From Spirochaetia bacterium (lineage in GTDB: Bacteria; Spirochaetota; Spirochaetia; SZUA-6; Bin103), in contig CBDBDQ010000005.1 in NCBI GenBank assembly GCA_965203905.1, forward strand, positions 6,432,001 through 6,496,000: a stretch of 64,000 nucleotides of DNA, in the 5' to 3' direction. The notes beneath the pieces were generated by a model. The model searched no databases. It had not been told where the DNA came from and saw nothing but the letters and a program-made list of their open reading frames with translations. Below, one piece after another: positions 32,644 to 42,680 of the stretch; position 1 is the stretch's first letter; the number at the start of each line of letters is the position of its first letter. The position numbers and the translations under genes were made by a program.

Positions 32644-34002
32644 TCACAGTTGGCGCCCTCCGGTGCGGTGCACCAGGCGCTGGACGTCGACCGGAGTCCC
32701 CGGCGCCGCCGGCCGTTGCCGCGACAGACCCAGCAACAGCCCGCACATGGTGAAGGTGGTCAACAGCGCCGAGCCACCCGAGGAGAAGAACGGCAGCGGC
32801 AGCCCCGTGGCGGGGACCAGGCTGGAGACCACCGCCAGGTTGAGAATCGCCTGAGCGATGATGCTGGTGGTTAGCCCGAAGGCCAGGTAGCGGGCGAAAC
32901 GATCGGGGTGGTGGCGTACGATCAGGAAGCCGCGCCACGCCAGGATCGCGAACAGGCCCAGAATCAGGACTACCCCCACCAGTCCGAGTTCCTCGCCGGC
33001 GACGGCAAAGATGAAGTCGGAGTGGGCTTCCGGCAGCGGTCCCAGCTTCATGCTGCCGCGGCCGATTCCCGTACCCCAGATGCCGCCGCGCTCCAGAGCG
33101 TCGCGCGCCGCCAGCACCTGGTAGCCGCTGCCGGCGGGATCGGCGGTTGGCTCCAGGAACGCGATCAGCCGGAGCACCCGATGCTCCTTCGACAGCAGCG
33201 CCATCAGGGCCAGGGGGGTGCCGACCACGGCCAGCGCCGCGAACAGGCCCAGTCGCACCCCGGCTATCCACAGCATCGCCATGGCCAGAAACACCAGAAA
33301 GATGGGGGTGGAGAAATCGTTCTGCAGGTACACCAGCACCGCGAACAGTGCCACGACCAGCATCGGCGGCAGGACGACGCGCAGGGTCTGGCCATAGGGC
33401 CCCCGGAGCGCCGCACTGCCGGGCCGCTGGTCGCCCTTGCGGTCCAGGATGTGGGCCAGGTACAGCACCAGGGCCAGCTTGGCCAGCTCCGAGGGCTCGA
33501 ACGACAGGCCGCCCACCAGGATCCAGCGTTGCGCCCCCAGCGCCCGCAGCCCGACACCGGGAACGAAGGTCAGGATCACCAGCGGCAGGCTCACCGCCAG
33601 CAGCAGCGGTACCAGCAGGCGCACGTGGCGCAGCTTGACCGCGGCGGCGACGGCCGCGGCGACGACGCCCAGGGCTACCCACAGCACCTGCCGGCGAAAG
33701 AAGCGCAACGGATCGTCGAACACGCGCTCGCCGTAGAAGTAGGAAGCGGACAGCAGCACCGCCAGACCGCTCCCGGTGAGGATGATGAGGGTCGCCACCA
33801 GCACCGTGTCGCTCGGCATCGACTCGATACGCAGCACGGTGTTCCGCAGGCCGACCCGCGCCGCCGCATGGTGCAGCAGCCGCCGCACGGGCCGCCGCGC
33901 GGCGCCCAGATTGGCCGGCTGCGCCGGCTGCGACAGCGCGGTCAACTTCAGCATCGGGCGACCGCCTCCGCGGCTGAGCTGCGCCTGCCAGTGCTCGGTC
34001 AT
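32644..34002 (-). CDS. ftsW: SEDS peptidoglycan polymerase FtsW
   Basis: GAQRWI, SFEPSELAK, GYQV, LPEAHSDFIFAVAGEELG, TGLPLPFFSSGGS. Start uncertain. Confidence 0.93.
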   Translation of the reverse strand: MTEHWQAQLSRGGGRPMLKLTALSQPAQPANLGAARRPVRRLLHHAAARVGLRNTVLRIESMPSDTVLVATLIILTGSGLAVLLSASYFYGERVFDDPLRFFRRQVLWVALGVVAAAVAAAVKLRHVRLLVPLLLAVSLPLVILTFVPGVGLRALGAQRWILVGGLSFEPSELAKLALVLYLAHILDRKGDQRPGSAALRGPYGQTLRVVLPPMLVVALFAVLVYLQNDFSTPIFLVFLAMAMLWIAGVRLGLFAALAVVGTPLALMALLSKEHRVLRLIAFLEPTADPAGSGYQVLAARDALERGGIWGTGIGRGSMKLGPLPEAHSDFIFAVAGEELGLVGVVLILGLFAILAWRGFLIVRHHPDRFARYLAFGLTTSIIAQAILNLAVVSSLVPATGLPLPFFSSGGSALLTTFTMCGLLLGLSRQRPAAPGTPVDVQRLVHRTGGRQL

Positions 34003-34024
34003 CGGCGGACCGCTTCCGGCACCA

Positions 34025-35431
34025 TCATGCCGCCGCCTGCAGCGGCGCCACCAACCGGTCCAGGGCCACCCCGCGGGAGCCCTTGAGCAACACCGTGTCG
34101 CCGCGGCGCACCGACTCGAGGACCGCTGTTTCCAGCTCCTCGTACCAGGTGGTCCAGAGCACCGGACGACGGTAACCCGCGGCCGCCAGCACCTCCGCCG
34201 TGGCCGCCGTCTCCGCGCCGAACAGGAACACCGCGTCCGGTTCCAGGCCCGCAATCAACTCGCCGAGAGCGGCGTGCGCACCCGCGCTGGCGGCGCCCAG
34301 CTCCAGCATGCTGCCGAGGACCAGCACAACGCGCCCGCATTCCGGCAACTCGGCGAGACCGCGCACGGTCGCCGCCATCGACTCCGGGTTCGCGTTGTAG
34401 GCGTCATTGACGATGGTGCAGCGGCCGCGAATCACCTGCGAGCGTCCGGGCACGGGCCGAACGGCCTCGATGCCACGCTGAATTGCTGCCGCACATACTC
34501 CCAATGTCGACGCCACCGTGATTGCGGCCAACACGTTGGTGACGTTGTGATTGCCAAAAAGAGGGAAGTGAATCTGGAGTCCCTCCCAGTTGATGACAGA
34601 GCCATCCAACCCCAGAGATTCACTTCCCTCATATCCTTGCGTGGCAGTGGGTCCGAACCGGACCAGCTTCACCTCCGGCGGCAGCCGCAGGTGTTCTGCC
34701 GCCAGCAGCGGCTCGCCCTCGGGTACGAAGGCGCAGCCGCCGGGCTGCAGGTAGACGAACAGCCTGCTCTTCTGCGCCGCGATGTGGCGGCGCGAGTGCA
34801 GGAATTCCAGATGCGCGCTGCCGATGCCGGTGATCAGGGCGTAGTGGGGCAGCGCGAGCCGGCCCAGCAGGTCCATCTCCCCGGTGTGGTCGATGCCGAC
34901 CTCCAGCACTGCCAGCCGGTGGTGCGGCTCGAGCCCCAGGATCGCCAGCGGCAACCCGATGTCGGAGTTGTAGTTGCGCTCCGACTCGTAGGTCGGAGCG
35001 TGCTGCGACAGGATCGAAGCGAGGATGTGGCGGGTCGTGGTCTTGCCGTTGGACCCGGTCACGGCTACCCGCTGCGCATCGATGCGCGTGCGGTGCTCGG
35101 CGGCGATCCGATGCAACGCCAGCAATGGGTCGGCGGCCACCAGCAGCGCCGCGCCGTGGCGGCTCGCCGCCGCCTGCAGCTCGCCGCGCCGGCGCTGCCA
35201 CTGCGCGGCGGCGATCATGGCGGCGCCGGCACCGCCGGAGAATGCGTCCGCCAGAAAGTCGTGGCCATCCGCCCGTGCGCCCGACAGCGCGACGAACAGC
35301 GCCTGCGGCCGCGCCCGCCGGGAATCCACCACCACGTGCTGGATGGCCTGCGCGTGCGCAGCGGGCGATTCCTTCGGCGACCACAATCGGGCACCCGAAA
35401 CCTGGGCCAGCTCGGCGACGGTGAAGGTCAT
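34025..35431 (-). CDS. murF: UDP-N-acetylmuramoyl-tripeptide--D-Ala-D-Ala ligase MurF
   Basis: VTGSNGKTTT, NYNSDIGLP, NDAYNANPESM, VLLKGSRG. Confidence 0.96.
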   Translation of the reverse strand: MTFTVAELAQVSGARLWSPKESPAAHAQAIQHVVVDSRRARPQALFVALSGARADGHDFLADAFSGGAGAAMIAAAQWQRRRGELQAAASRHGAALLVAADPLLALHRIAAEHRTRIDAQRVAVTGSNGKTTTRHILASILSQHAPTYESERNYNSDIGLPLAILGLEPHHRLAVLEVGIDHTGEMDLLGRLALPHYALITGIGSAHLEFLHSRRHIAAQKSRLFVYLQPGGCAFVPEGEPLLAAEHLRLPPEVKLVRFGPTATQGYEGSESLGLDGSVINWEGLQIHFPLFGNHNVTNVLAAITVASTLGVCAAAIQRGIEAVRPVPGRSQVIRGRCTIVNDAYNANPESMAATVRGLAELPECGRVVLVLGSMLELGAASAGAHAALGELIAGLEPDAVFLFGAETAATAEVLAAAGYRRPVLWTTWYEELETAVLESVRRGDTVLLKGSRGVALDRLVAPLQAAA

Positions 35432-35841
35432 GGAGCGTCCTCGCTGCGGGTCGGCGCCTCCGGCGCGGCGAACTGAACGCGCAGCCGGTGACTCTCGTCG
35501 ATGCGCTGCAGGCCGAGCTCTCGGGCAGCGGCCTCCAGGTGCTGCGGCGAGCGCAGCGCGACGACGGCGTCCATGACCTGCTTGTTGCGCTCATGCCAGC
35601 GCCGCTGCTGCTGCTCCAGCGATTCCACCGAGTGCAGCAGGCGTTCGTAGCGGTAGCCCTGCCAGGCGCCGAGCATCAGTGCCGCGCCGAGCAGCGCCGA
35701 GGTCAGGAACAGCAGCGCCCGCCCGGCGGACGTGTCGGTTCGTACCAGAGCGGCCGCAAGCGATTGCAACCGGGGAGCCCGGTAGCCGGACGCGGGCCGG
35801 CCCGAGCCGCGAGCCGGGTGCTGCAGCCTGCCGCTAGCCAT
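35428..35841 (-). CDS. ftsL: Cell division protein FtsL
   Basis: Lies between rsmH and murF; single TM plus coiled coil, LRSPQHLEAAARELGL. Confidence 0.8.
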   Translation of the reverse strand: MASGRLQHPARGSGRPASGYRAPRLQSLAAALVRTDTSAGRALLFLTSALLGAALMLGAWQGYRYERLLHSVESLEQQQRRWHERNKQVMDAVVALRSPQHLEAAARELGLQRIDESHRLRVQFAAPEAPTRSEDAP

Positions 35842-36784
35842 CGCCGCCTGCCTTTCGCGCCACCCGCAGGCGGGCGCTCCGCGCGCGCGGATTGCGCTCT
35901 ACCTCGCGCGGCGCAGGTCGCAGGGGACGCCGCGTGAGCACCTCGACGGCCGCTTCGCCGGCGCCGGACGGGATGCCGGCGGCGTCGCGCAGCCGGTGCT
36001 TGACGATGCGATCCTCCAGAGAGTGAAAGGCGATGACGCCGAGGCGTCCGCCCACGGACAGCCGGCTGATGGCGAGGGTCAGGCCGCGCTCCAGGCGCTG
36101 CAGCTCATCGTTCACCGCGATGCGCAGGGCCTGGAAGGCGCGCGTGGCGGGGTGGACGCGGCGGTGGCGCTCGGTGGGCGGGTACACCCGCCACACCACC
36201 TGCTCCAACTCGTCGCTGGTGCGGAAGGGACGCTGCGTGCGCCGGCGGACGATGGCCCGCGCCAGCCGGCGTGCGTGGCGCTCCTCTCCGAAACGATGAA
36301 AGAGATCCGCCAAGGATGCCTCCGGCTCCTCATTCAGAATATCGGCCGCCGTGCGTGTCAGCTGATCGGTAAGGCGCATGTCCAGCGGTTCGACGCCGCG
36401 AAAGGAGAAGCCGCGGCTGCTGTGGTCGAAGTGATAGCTGGCCAATCCCAGGTCGAGCAGCACCAGCTGTGCGGTGGCATGACGGCGAGCCAGCACGTCC
36501 GCGAACCAGCCGTGCTCGAACTGCACGCGGCCACCGAACCGGCCCAGATTGTGCCGTGCCCGCTTCAGCATGCGCTCGTCCACATCCACCGCCAGCAGGG
36601 CGAGCGACGGATAGCGGTCGAGGAACCGTTCGGCGTGTCCGCCGTCACCTACCGTGCCATCGATCATCAGTCCGCCCGCCTCCGGGGCCACCAGCCACTC
36701 GAGACACTCTTGTACCAGTACCGGTTCATGGCGCTCAGAATGTGATGGCGCCGCCGAGTTCCTCGGCGGCTTCCTTGAACTCAC
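35834..36784 (-). CDS. rsmH: 16S rRNA C1402 methyltransferase RsmH (MraW)
   Basis: HEPVL, DGTVGDGGH, LDLG, PLDMR, HPATRAFQALRIAVNDEL, FHSLEDRIVK, NPRARSARLR. The GTG start overlaps mraZ by about 50 nt. Confidence 0.95.
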   Translation of the reverse strand: MSSRKPPRNSAAPSHSERHEPVLVQECLEWLVAPEAGGLMIDGTVGDGGHAERFLDRYPSLALLAVDVDERMLKRARHNLGRFGGRVQFEHGWFADVLARRHATAQLVLLDLGLASYHFDHSSRGFSFRGVEPLDMRLTDQLTRTAADILNEEPEASLADLFHRFGEERHARRLARAIVRRRTQRPFRTSDELEQVVWRVYPPTERHRRVHPATRAFQALRIAVNDELQRLERGLTLAISRLSVGGRLGVIAFHSLEDRIVKHRLRDAAGIPSGAGEAAVEVLTRRPLRPAPREVERNPRARSARLRVARKAGGDG

Positions 36785-37175
36785 CCTCGTGCTCCTCCAG
36801 ATAGCTGGCGTAGGTCACTGCGTCCCAGATCTCCAGGTACTTCACCATTCCCAGGATCGTGCAGTCCTTCTGCAGACCGGCGGACTGGCGCAACGACTGC
36901 GGCACCGCGATACGTCCGCTGCGATCGATCTCCACCTCCTGCGCCGGAGCCAGAATGCGCCGCTGGATCAACCGCGCCTTGGCCTGAAACGGCGACATGG
37001 TGGCGATCACGGTCTGCGATATCTGACGCCACTCCTCGGCGGGAAACAGCCACAGGCAGCGATCCACCCCGCGGGTCAGGATCATCACGTTGCCGGTGAT
37101 CTCGGAGCGCACCCTGGCCGGCACCATCAAGCGCCCCTTCTCATCGAGCGCGTAGACGTACTCACCGGAAATCAC
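36735..37175 (-). CDS. mraZ: Transcriptional regulator MraZ
   Basis: Twin DxxGR motifs (DEKGRL, DRSGRI) and YLEIWD. Confidence 0.96.
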   Translation of the reverse strand: MISGEYVYALDEKGRLMVPARVRSEITGNVMILTRGVDRCLWLFPAEEWRQISQTVIATMSPFQAKARLIQRRILAPAQEVEIDRSGRIAVPQSLRQSAGLQKDCTILGMVKYLEIWDAVTYASYLEEHEGEFKEAAEELGGAITF

Positions 37176-37278
37176 GCTCGCTCCCAGCGACCCGCACCGC
37201 GGCCGATTCCCACGGCAGTTGCGTCAAGGGTCGCAAACGGGGAAGAATCTGGGCTGATGCACCACGCTGAACCAGTTT

Positions 37279-37335
37279 CCCCCACTTTTTCCCACCAATC
37301 ACCCACAATAGTACCGCCGGCGCCCAGACTGTCAA
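37279..37335 (-). promoter_or_regulatory. dcw operon promoter with MraZ-binding GTGGG repeats
   Basis: Minus strand TTGACA-N16-TACTAT (37335 to 37308), followed by three GTGGG boxes at about 10-nt spacing (cccac at 37281, 37291 and 37302 on +). Confidence 0.8.
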
Positions 37336-37458
37336 CCGCTGGAGACCCAATGTCCGCATTTCCCGTCTGGGTTGCGCACGACTACTCAACTGTTGTGTAG
37401 TATTGGCGCTGCCGCGAGCGGGCGGCTATGGTGGCGGAAACTCTGGTCCGAGATTGGA

Positions 37459-37782
37459 TTGTCGTTGTATCGGGTGCACTTCAAATGGAAGGGAAAGGAA
37501 GTTCAGCTCTCCGCCAAGAGTCTGGATCTGACTCATCCTTACTTCGTTTCCATCAAAGACATTGTCTTTGAACGAGACCAGCAGATCATCATCAATCCCA
37601 CGGCGGAGGACGTGCGGCGCACCTTCGGCAGCGCCGAGCATCTGATGATTCCGTTCCAGACGGTGTCCCTGATCGAGGAGTTCCCCGAGTCGGCGGCGAG
37701 CCGGATCCGCCCCTTCACGCTGGTGGACGACGAGGAAGACGAGGAAGACGCCGACGCCGACACTGACGACTCCGCGCCCTGA
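37459..37782 (+). CDS. Small conserved protein, DUF1820-like
   Basis: LYRVHF, FVSIKDIVF, IIINPTAEDVRRTF, LMIPFQTVSLIEE pattern with an acidic tail. TTG start inferred; family name from recall. Confidence 0.65.
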   Translation: MSLYRVHFKWKGKEVQLSAKSLDLTHPYFVSIKDIVFERDQQIIINPTAEDVRRTFGSAEHLMIPFQTVSLIEEFPESAASRIRPFTLVDDEEDEEDADADTDDSAP

Positions 37783-37796
37783 GCGCCCCGGAACCG

Positions 37797-39482
37797 TCAA
37801 CCGGCGTGGCGGCCGAGCAGATCCGCCGCGTGCCGCAGCGACACCTCCACCGAGTCGTCGCCGGACAGCATCCGTGCCACCTCGGCCACCCGTTGCGGGC
37901 CGCTGACCGCCGCTACGCCGGTCACGGTCCGGCCCTCCCGTTCGCTCTTGAACACGCGCAGGTGGGTGTGGGCTCGGGCCGCCACGGTCGCCAGATGGGT
38001 AATGCACAGAATCTGCCGCCGCCGCGCCAGCCGCGCCAGCTTGTCCCCGACGGCGATGGCCACCGCGCCACCGATGCCCGCGTCCACCTCGTCGAACACC
38101 AGGGTAGCCACCGGATCGCTGTCGGCGAACACCGACTTGAGGGCCAGCATGATCCGTGAGATCTCGCCCCCCGAGGCGATGGCGCGCAACGGCTTCAGCG
38201 GCTCACCGGCATTGGCGGAGATGAGGAAGCTCACGCTCTCCGCGCCGGCGGCCGCGATCACCGGCACGCCGCCCTCGGTGCGCGGCGTCAGCGTTACCGC
38301 GAAGCGGCCCTTCGGCATCCCCAGGTCGGCGAGGGCATCCTGCACCAGGTCGCGCAGGCGGGTGGCGGCACCGCGCCGCTGCTCCCCGAGCTCGGCCGCG
38401 TGGCGGGCAAGCTCGGCGTCGAGCTGCTCCACCTCGCGCGCGGTGACCGCTCCGGCCGCGCGGGAACGTTCCAGGGCGGCCAGCTCGGCATGCGCCCGTT
38501 CCGCGTAGTCCAGGACCGCGGCCACGGACCCTCCGTACTTGCGCTGCAACCCACGGATCAGTTCCAGCCGCTCGCCGATGGCCGCCAGGCGTTCCGCGTC
38601 GTAGTGCAGACTGCTCTGGTAGCGACGCACGCCCTCCGCGGCATCCTCCAGCTCGTAGAAGGCCGTCTCCACCTGTCGGCGGTAGCCGTCGACGCCGGCG
38701 TCAATCGCCGCCAGCTGCTGCAGGTCCTCCACCACCCCCCGCAGTGTGGCTACCACGCCGCCGTGCCCCTCCGCAGTGCGTTCGTAGACGGCGCGTGCCG
38801 TGCTCGAAATCCGCTCGAAGTCCGCCAGACGGCGCCGCTCCCGCTCCAGCTCCTCCTCTTCGCCGCGGTCGAGCTCGGCGGCGCCAATCTCCTCGGTGGC
38901 GTGACGCAGCAGCTCGGCCTGGCGGTCGCGTTCCGCGGCGCTCTGCTCCAGTTCCCGTACCCGGACGCGGGCCGCGGCGAGACGGGCGTGCACGGCCGCC
39001 ACCCGGCGTGCAAGCGGGCGCAGACCCGCAAAGTGGTCCAGCAGCCGGCGCTGCTGGTCTTCACGCAGCAGCGACTGGTGCTCGTGCTGGCCATGCAGGT
39101 CGAACAACCGTTGCCCCAGCGCGGCGAGCTGCGCGGTCTGCACCGGCACGCTGCCGATGAAGCCGGACGAGCGTCCGCTGCGCCGCACCACGCGCCGCAG
39201 GATCACGCGATCCTCCTCGGCCTGCAGCTCGCGTTCCTCCAGCCAGGTGCGCACCTCGGCCGGCGCCCGGCTCAGGCACACCACGGCGCTCACCTCGGCG
39301 CTGGCGGCGCCGCTGCGGATGTCCGCCGTCGCTGCGCGGCTGCCGAGCAGCAGACCGAGGGCGCCGATGATGATCGACTTGCCCGCTCCCGTTTCTCCGC
39401 TGAGCACGTTGAGGTGGTGTCCGAAGCTCACCTCCAGGTGGTCGATGAGGGCATAGTCGCGCACCGCAAGCGACTCAAGCAC
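37797..39482 (-). CDS. recN: DNA repair protein RecN
   Basis: SGETGAGKSII, DLHGQHEHQSLL, IASGGEISRIMLALK, LVFDEVDAGIGG, QILCITH. Confidence 0.96.
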   Translation of the reverse strand: MLESLAVRDYALIDHLEVSFGHHLNVLSGETGAGKSIIIGALGLLLGSRAATADIRSGAASAEVSAVVCLSRAPAEVRTWLEERELQAEEDRVILRRVVRRSGRSSGFIGSVPVQTAQLAALGQRLFDLHGQHEHQSLLREDQQRRLLDHFAGLRPLARRVAAVHARLAAARVRVRELEQSAAERDRQAELLRHATEEIGAAELDRGEEEELERERRRLADFERISSTARAVYERTAEGHGGVVATLRGVVEDLQQLAAIDAGVDGYRRQVETAFYELEDAAEGVRRYQSSLHYDAERLAAIGERLELIRGLQRKYGGSVAAVLDYAERAHAELAALERSRAAGAVTAREVEQLDAELARHAAELGEQRRGAATRLRDLVQDALADLGMPKGRFAVTLTPRTEGGVPVIAAAGAESVSFLISANAGEPLKPLRAIASGGEISRIMLALKSVFADSDPVATLVFDEVDAGIGGAVAIAVGDKLARLARRRQILCITHLATVAARAHTHLRVFKSEREGRTVTGVAAVSGPQRVAEVARMLSGDDSVEVSLRHAADLLGRHAG

Positions 39483-40353
39483 GCGGTTCTCCGGCCCAGT
39501 CCAACTTGGAGCGCAGCACCTGGTAGAAGTTGCGCTCACCGGAGCGGATGATATGGGTCCGGTGGACCGAGCGCGACAGGGCCACGCGGTCACCCGGCTG
39601 CAACTGCGCCACTTCCACGCCGTCCACGGTGAGACTGATCTCGGTGCGCTGCCCCGGCTCGACCTCCACCAGCACCGGCTCGTCGGCGGGTATCAGCAGG
39701 GGCCGGTTGGCAAGCGTGAACGGACAGATGGGCGTGATCACGAACGCCGCCATCTCCGGGTGCAGAATCGGCCCCCCGGCGGCCATCGAGTAGGCGGTGG
39801 AGCCGGTCGGGGTGGCGAAGATCATGCCGTCGGCACGGTAGTTGGCTACCCAGGTGCCGGCCAGGCGCACGCGCAGACGTACGATCTTGGAGCCGCCGTG
39901 CGCGGCGATGACGACGTCGTTGAGGCCGTCGATGCTGGCAACCTCGGTGCCCGCGCGGTCCACCCCGGCGTGGACCATGATGCGCGTGCTGAGCCCCGAT
40001 TCGCCGGCGGCGTACGCCCGGTAGGCCTGCCGCCACTCCGCGGCCGGAACCTCGGTAATGAACCCCACCGTACCCAGGTTGACCGGCAGAATCGGTATGT
40101 CGCTTCCCGCCAGCAGGCGCGCACATTGCAGCAGCGTGCCGTCGCCGCCGAGCGAAACCGCCAGATCGACGTCGCCGAGTCCGGCCGGCGGCGAAACTGC
40201 AGCGCTGGAGATCTCGGCTTCCACCAGCTCCACGCGCTGCTGGCGGAAAAAGCCGCGTACGCCGGCGATTACGTCAGGCCCGGCGCGCGCGCGGTTCAGC
40301 AGGACGAAGGCTCGGCGGATGGTTCCGGCCGGTATGCGCACACCGACACCCAT
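39475..40353 (-). CDS. nadK: NAD(+) kinase
   Basis: SLGGDGTLL, GLND, ADGMIFATPTGSTAYSMAAGGP. Confidence 0.95.
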   Translation of the reverse strand: MGVGVRIPAGTIRRAFVLLNRARAGPDVIAGVRGFFRQQRVELVEAEISSAAVSPPAGLGDVDLAVSLGGDGTLLQCARLLAGSDIPILPVNLGTVGFITEVPAAEWRQAYRAYAAGESGLSTRIMVHAGVDRAGTEVASIDGLNDVVIAAHGGSKIVRLRVRLAGTWVANYRADGMIFATPTGSTAYSMAAGGPILHPEMAAFVITPICPFTLANRPLLIPADEPVLVEVEPGQRTEISLTVDGVEVAQLQPGDRVALSRSVHRTHIIRSGERNFYQVLRSKLDWAGEPRA

Positions 40354-40485
40354 GGAGTGGGCCACAGTATAGCCCCGGCAGCGAGGGCTGCGCCACCGGC
40401 CGCCTGGAGCTCTGGAGCTTGTCGGTTCACCGACGGTTTCCGGGCGGTCGGCGCCGTGCCAAGCGCCCGCGGGCGTTGTGCCGGG

Positions 40486-41658
40486 TTACGGCAGCGTAGC
40501 CAGCACCTTGGCGACCCGGCTGGCGGCGCCGTCGGACAGGGTCGGATACAGGGGGAACAGCAGACAGCGCCGCGCCAGATCCTGGGCGCCGCCGAGGCTG
40601 CCGACCGGCGCGACCGCGGGATCGGCCGCGTCCGCCGCTGCCGCGCCGTCCGTTGCGCCGGCCGCTATGCGGGTCAGGGCACAGCCGTCGTAGGCGAGCC
40701 CGGTCTCCACCTGGTGGCGCGCGGCGTAGCGCCGCACGTCGCGCATGCCGTCGGCCACCAGCACCGGAAACTGGTGCCCCGCGAGGGCCTGGGAATGGGC
40801 CGCCAGCGTACGGTGCCGGCAGCGGGCCACCGCGTCGCGGAACCGAGCGCTCAGATCGGTACACCGTTGGTGGCTGCCGACGCGGTCCTGCCACTGCGCC
40901 AGGGCCAGCGCCGCGTTCACGTCGGGCAACTCGGCCCAGCCGTGATCACGCGCCTCGCCGGCCAGCAGCCGCTGGTCCTTGCGACTGCGCGCCAGCACCA
41001 GGGCACCGCCGCCCGCCGCCAGCGGCCCGTATCCGCCGAGAGCCACCACGACCACGGAGCCGGGCGCGCCGGCCGCCGGCACCGCCGGCCTCGTTTCCGG
41101 CGCCTGGGCGGAGCCACCGGCGGCGGTCCCGGAGCCGGCGGCCGCCGCCGGCTCCAGGCCCAGCACCACCGCGGTGACATCCTCTACCAGCGGCACTCCC
41201 AACTCCTGCAGGGCATCCGTGGCGCACGGCTGCCCGGGCGCGTGGCAGGCCACCGCGGCCTGCGGTTCGGCAGCCGCCAGACGCTGCAGCGACTCTAACG
41301 ACAGCGAGCCGGTGTCAGGATCGGCATCCACCAGCAACGGGGTCAGTCCCAGCCGCTCCGCCGCCTGCACGTAGGCCAGCGGCGCCAGGGCCGGCACCAG
41401 CACGCGGCGCGATCCGTCGCCGGCCGTCACCGCCCGCAGGGCCGCGCCGAGGGCGGCTCCATGGTCGGCAAGCGCGACCCCGCCGGCGAGACGCAACGTG
41501 GATGCCACCTCCCGCAGCAGCTTGCGCGCCACGTCCCCGGGGCCGATCTGCTCGGACACCAGGCACTCCAGGACCGCGTGCATCTGGCGCCGCCAAATGG
41601 TGGGACGGTACAACGGGATCTTGGTCGGCGCCGCCCGTTGCGCCGTTTGCCGCGCCAT
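40486..41658 (-). CDS. DegT/DnrJ/EryC1/StrS aminotransferase-like protein, degenerate
   Basis: Fold cues (LTPLLVDAD, VPLVED, LLFPLYPTL), but the Lys-bearing motif reads LGGYGPLAAGGG. Confidence 0.65.
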   Translation of the reverse strand: MARQTAQRAAPTKIPLYRPTIWRRQMHAVLECLVSEQIGPGDVARKLLREVASTLRLAGGVALADHGAALGAALRAVTAGDGSRRVLVPALAPLAYVQAAERLGLTPLLVDADPDTGSLSLESLQRLAAAEPQAAVACHAPGQPCATDALQELGVPLVEDVTAVVLGLEPAAAAGSGTAAGGSAQAPETRPAVPAAGAPGSVVVVALGGYGPLAAGGGALVLARSRKDQRLLAGEARDHGWAELPDVNAALALAQWQDRVGSHQRCTDLSARFRDAVARCRHRTLAAHSQALAGHQFPVLVADGMRDVRRYAARHQVETGLAYDGCALTRIAAGATDGAAAADAADPAVAPVGSLGGAQDLARRCLLFPLYPTLSDGAASRVAKVLATLP

Positions 41659-41660
41659 CC

Positions 41661-42338
41661 TCAGGCTTCCACCGGCATGGCCTGATCGCTGCCGCAGGTG
41701 CGCACCAGTGGCACAAACCGGCACGCGACGTGAGTAGTCACCATGAAGCTCTCGCCGTAGCGGCGCACCACCACCAGGTGCTGCACCTGGTCGTCCGGCC
41801 CCACCGGCATCACCAGGATCCCGTTGTCCGCCAGCTGCGCGCGCAGCGCCGGCGGTACCGCCGGCGACGCCGCCGCTACCAGGATGCGCTCGAACGGACC
41901 GGCGTCGCGCCAGCCCACCACGCCGTCGCCGATGCGCGCCCGCACGTTGTCGTAGCCCAGCCGCTGCAACACCCCCAGCGCCCGTGCCAGCAATGGTTCG
42001 ACCCGCTCGATGGTGTACAGCTCGCCGGCCAACTGCGCCAGCACCGCGGTCTGGTAGCCGCTGCCGCTGCCCACCTCCAGCACCCGCTCGGAGCCGCGCA
42101 GTTCCAGCAACTCGCTCATCAGCGCCACCATGTAGGGCTGCGACATGGTTTGACCGTGACCGATGAATACCGGTGAATCGCCGTAGCAGGATGCCGGATC
42201 GGATTCGGGGGCGAAACAGTGCCGCGGTACCGCGCGCATCGCGCGCAGCACCCGCCGGTCGTGGACGCCGCGCGCGGCGATCTGTTGCCGCACCATCTGC
42301 TCGGCGAGGTGCGGGTAGGTTCGGTCAGCGGACTCCAA
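41661..42338 (-). CDS. pcm: Protein-L-isoaspartate O-methyltransferase
   Basis: GQTMSQPYMVA, VLEVGSGSGYQTAVL, CRFVPL. Confidence 0.95.
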   Translation of the reverse strand: MESADRTYPHLAEQMVRQQIAARGVHDRRVLRAMRAVPRHCFAPESDPASCYGDSPVFIGHGQTMSQPYMVALMSELLELRGSERVLEVGSGSGYQTAVLAQLAGELYTIERVEPLLARALGVLQRLGYDNVRARIGDGVVGWRDAGPFERILVAAASPAVPPALRAQLADNGILVMPVGPDDQVQHLVVVRRYGESFMVTTHVACRFVPLVRTCGSDQAMPVEA

Positions 42339-42394
42339 GGTTGCGCCGGTCCCGCGGCGTCATCCGACCGTCCCGGCCTCAGGGCCTGCCGGTC

Positions 42395-42598
42395 CTAACT
42401 CCTGGCAGTGACGCCGTGCTGGGCTCCATTGCGCTCCCGCGCGTCCTTGGCGTGGAGCTTCGACAGCTTGTAGCTCTTGAGCAGCATCCGTATTGCGTCG
42501 TTCACGGCTTCCGTACGATCGTGATAGAACCCCTGCTGGATCATCTCGTCGAGTCCCTCGAGCAGGTATTCCGACGTCTCTACGTATGCTTTCGACAC
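42395..42598 (-). CDS. Small ribbon-helix-helix (CopG/Arc/MetJ-like) protein
   Basis: LLEGLDEMIQQGFYHDRTEAVNDAIRMLL pattern; strong AAGGAGG RBS before the GTG. Confidence 0.7.
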   Translation of the reverse strand: MSKAYVETSEYLLEGLDEMIQQGFYHDRTEAVNDAIRMLLKSYKLSKLHAKDARERNGAQHGVTARS

Positions 42599-42680
42599 TT
42601 GGCCCCCTCCTTGCCGCCGTGCTTGCCGTGCGCGGCTGCAGTTCGCCGTGGCTGTACTGTGTCGAGGGCCGCGTTGAAAC

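Noticed and set aside
32644-35431. mraY, murD, murG and ftsI absent from the dcw cluster
   Set aside because: Compact dcw clusters are normal in spirochaetes, and these genes are usually elsewhere.
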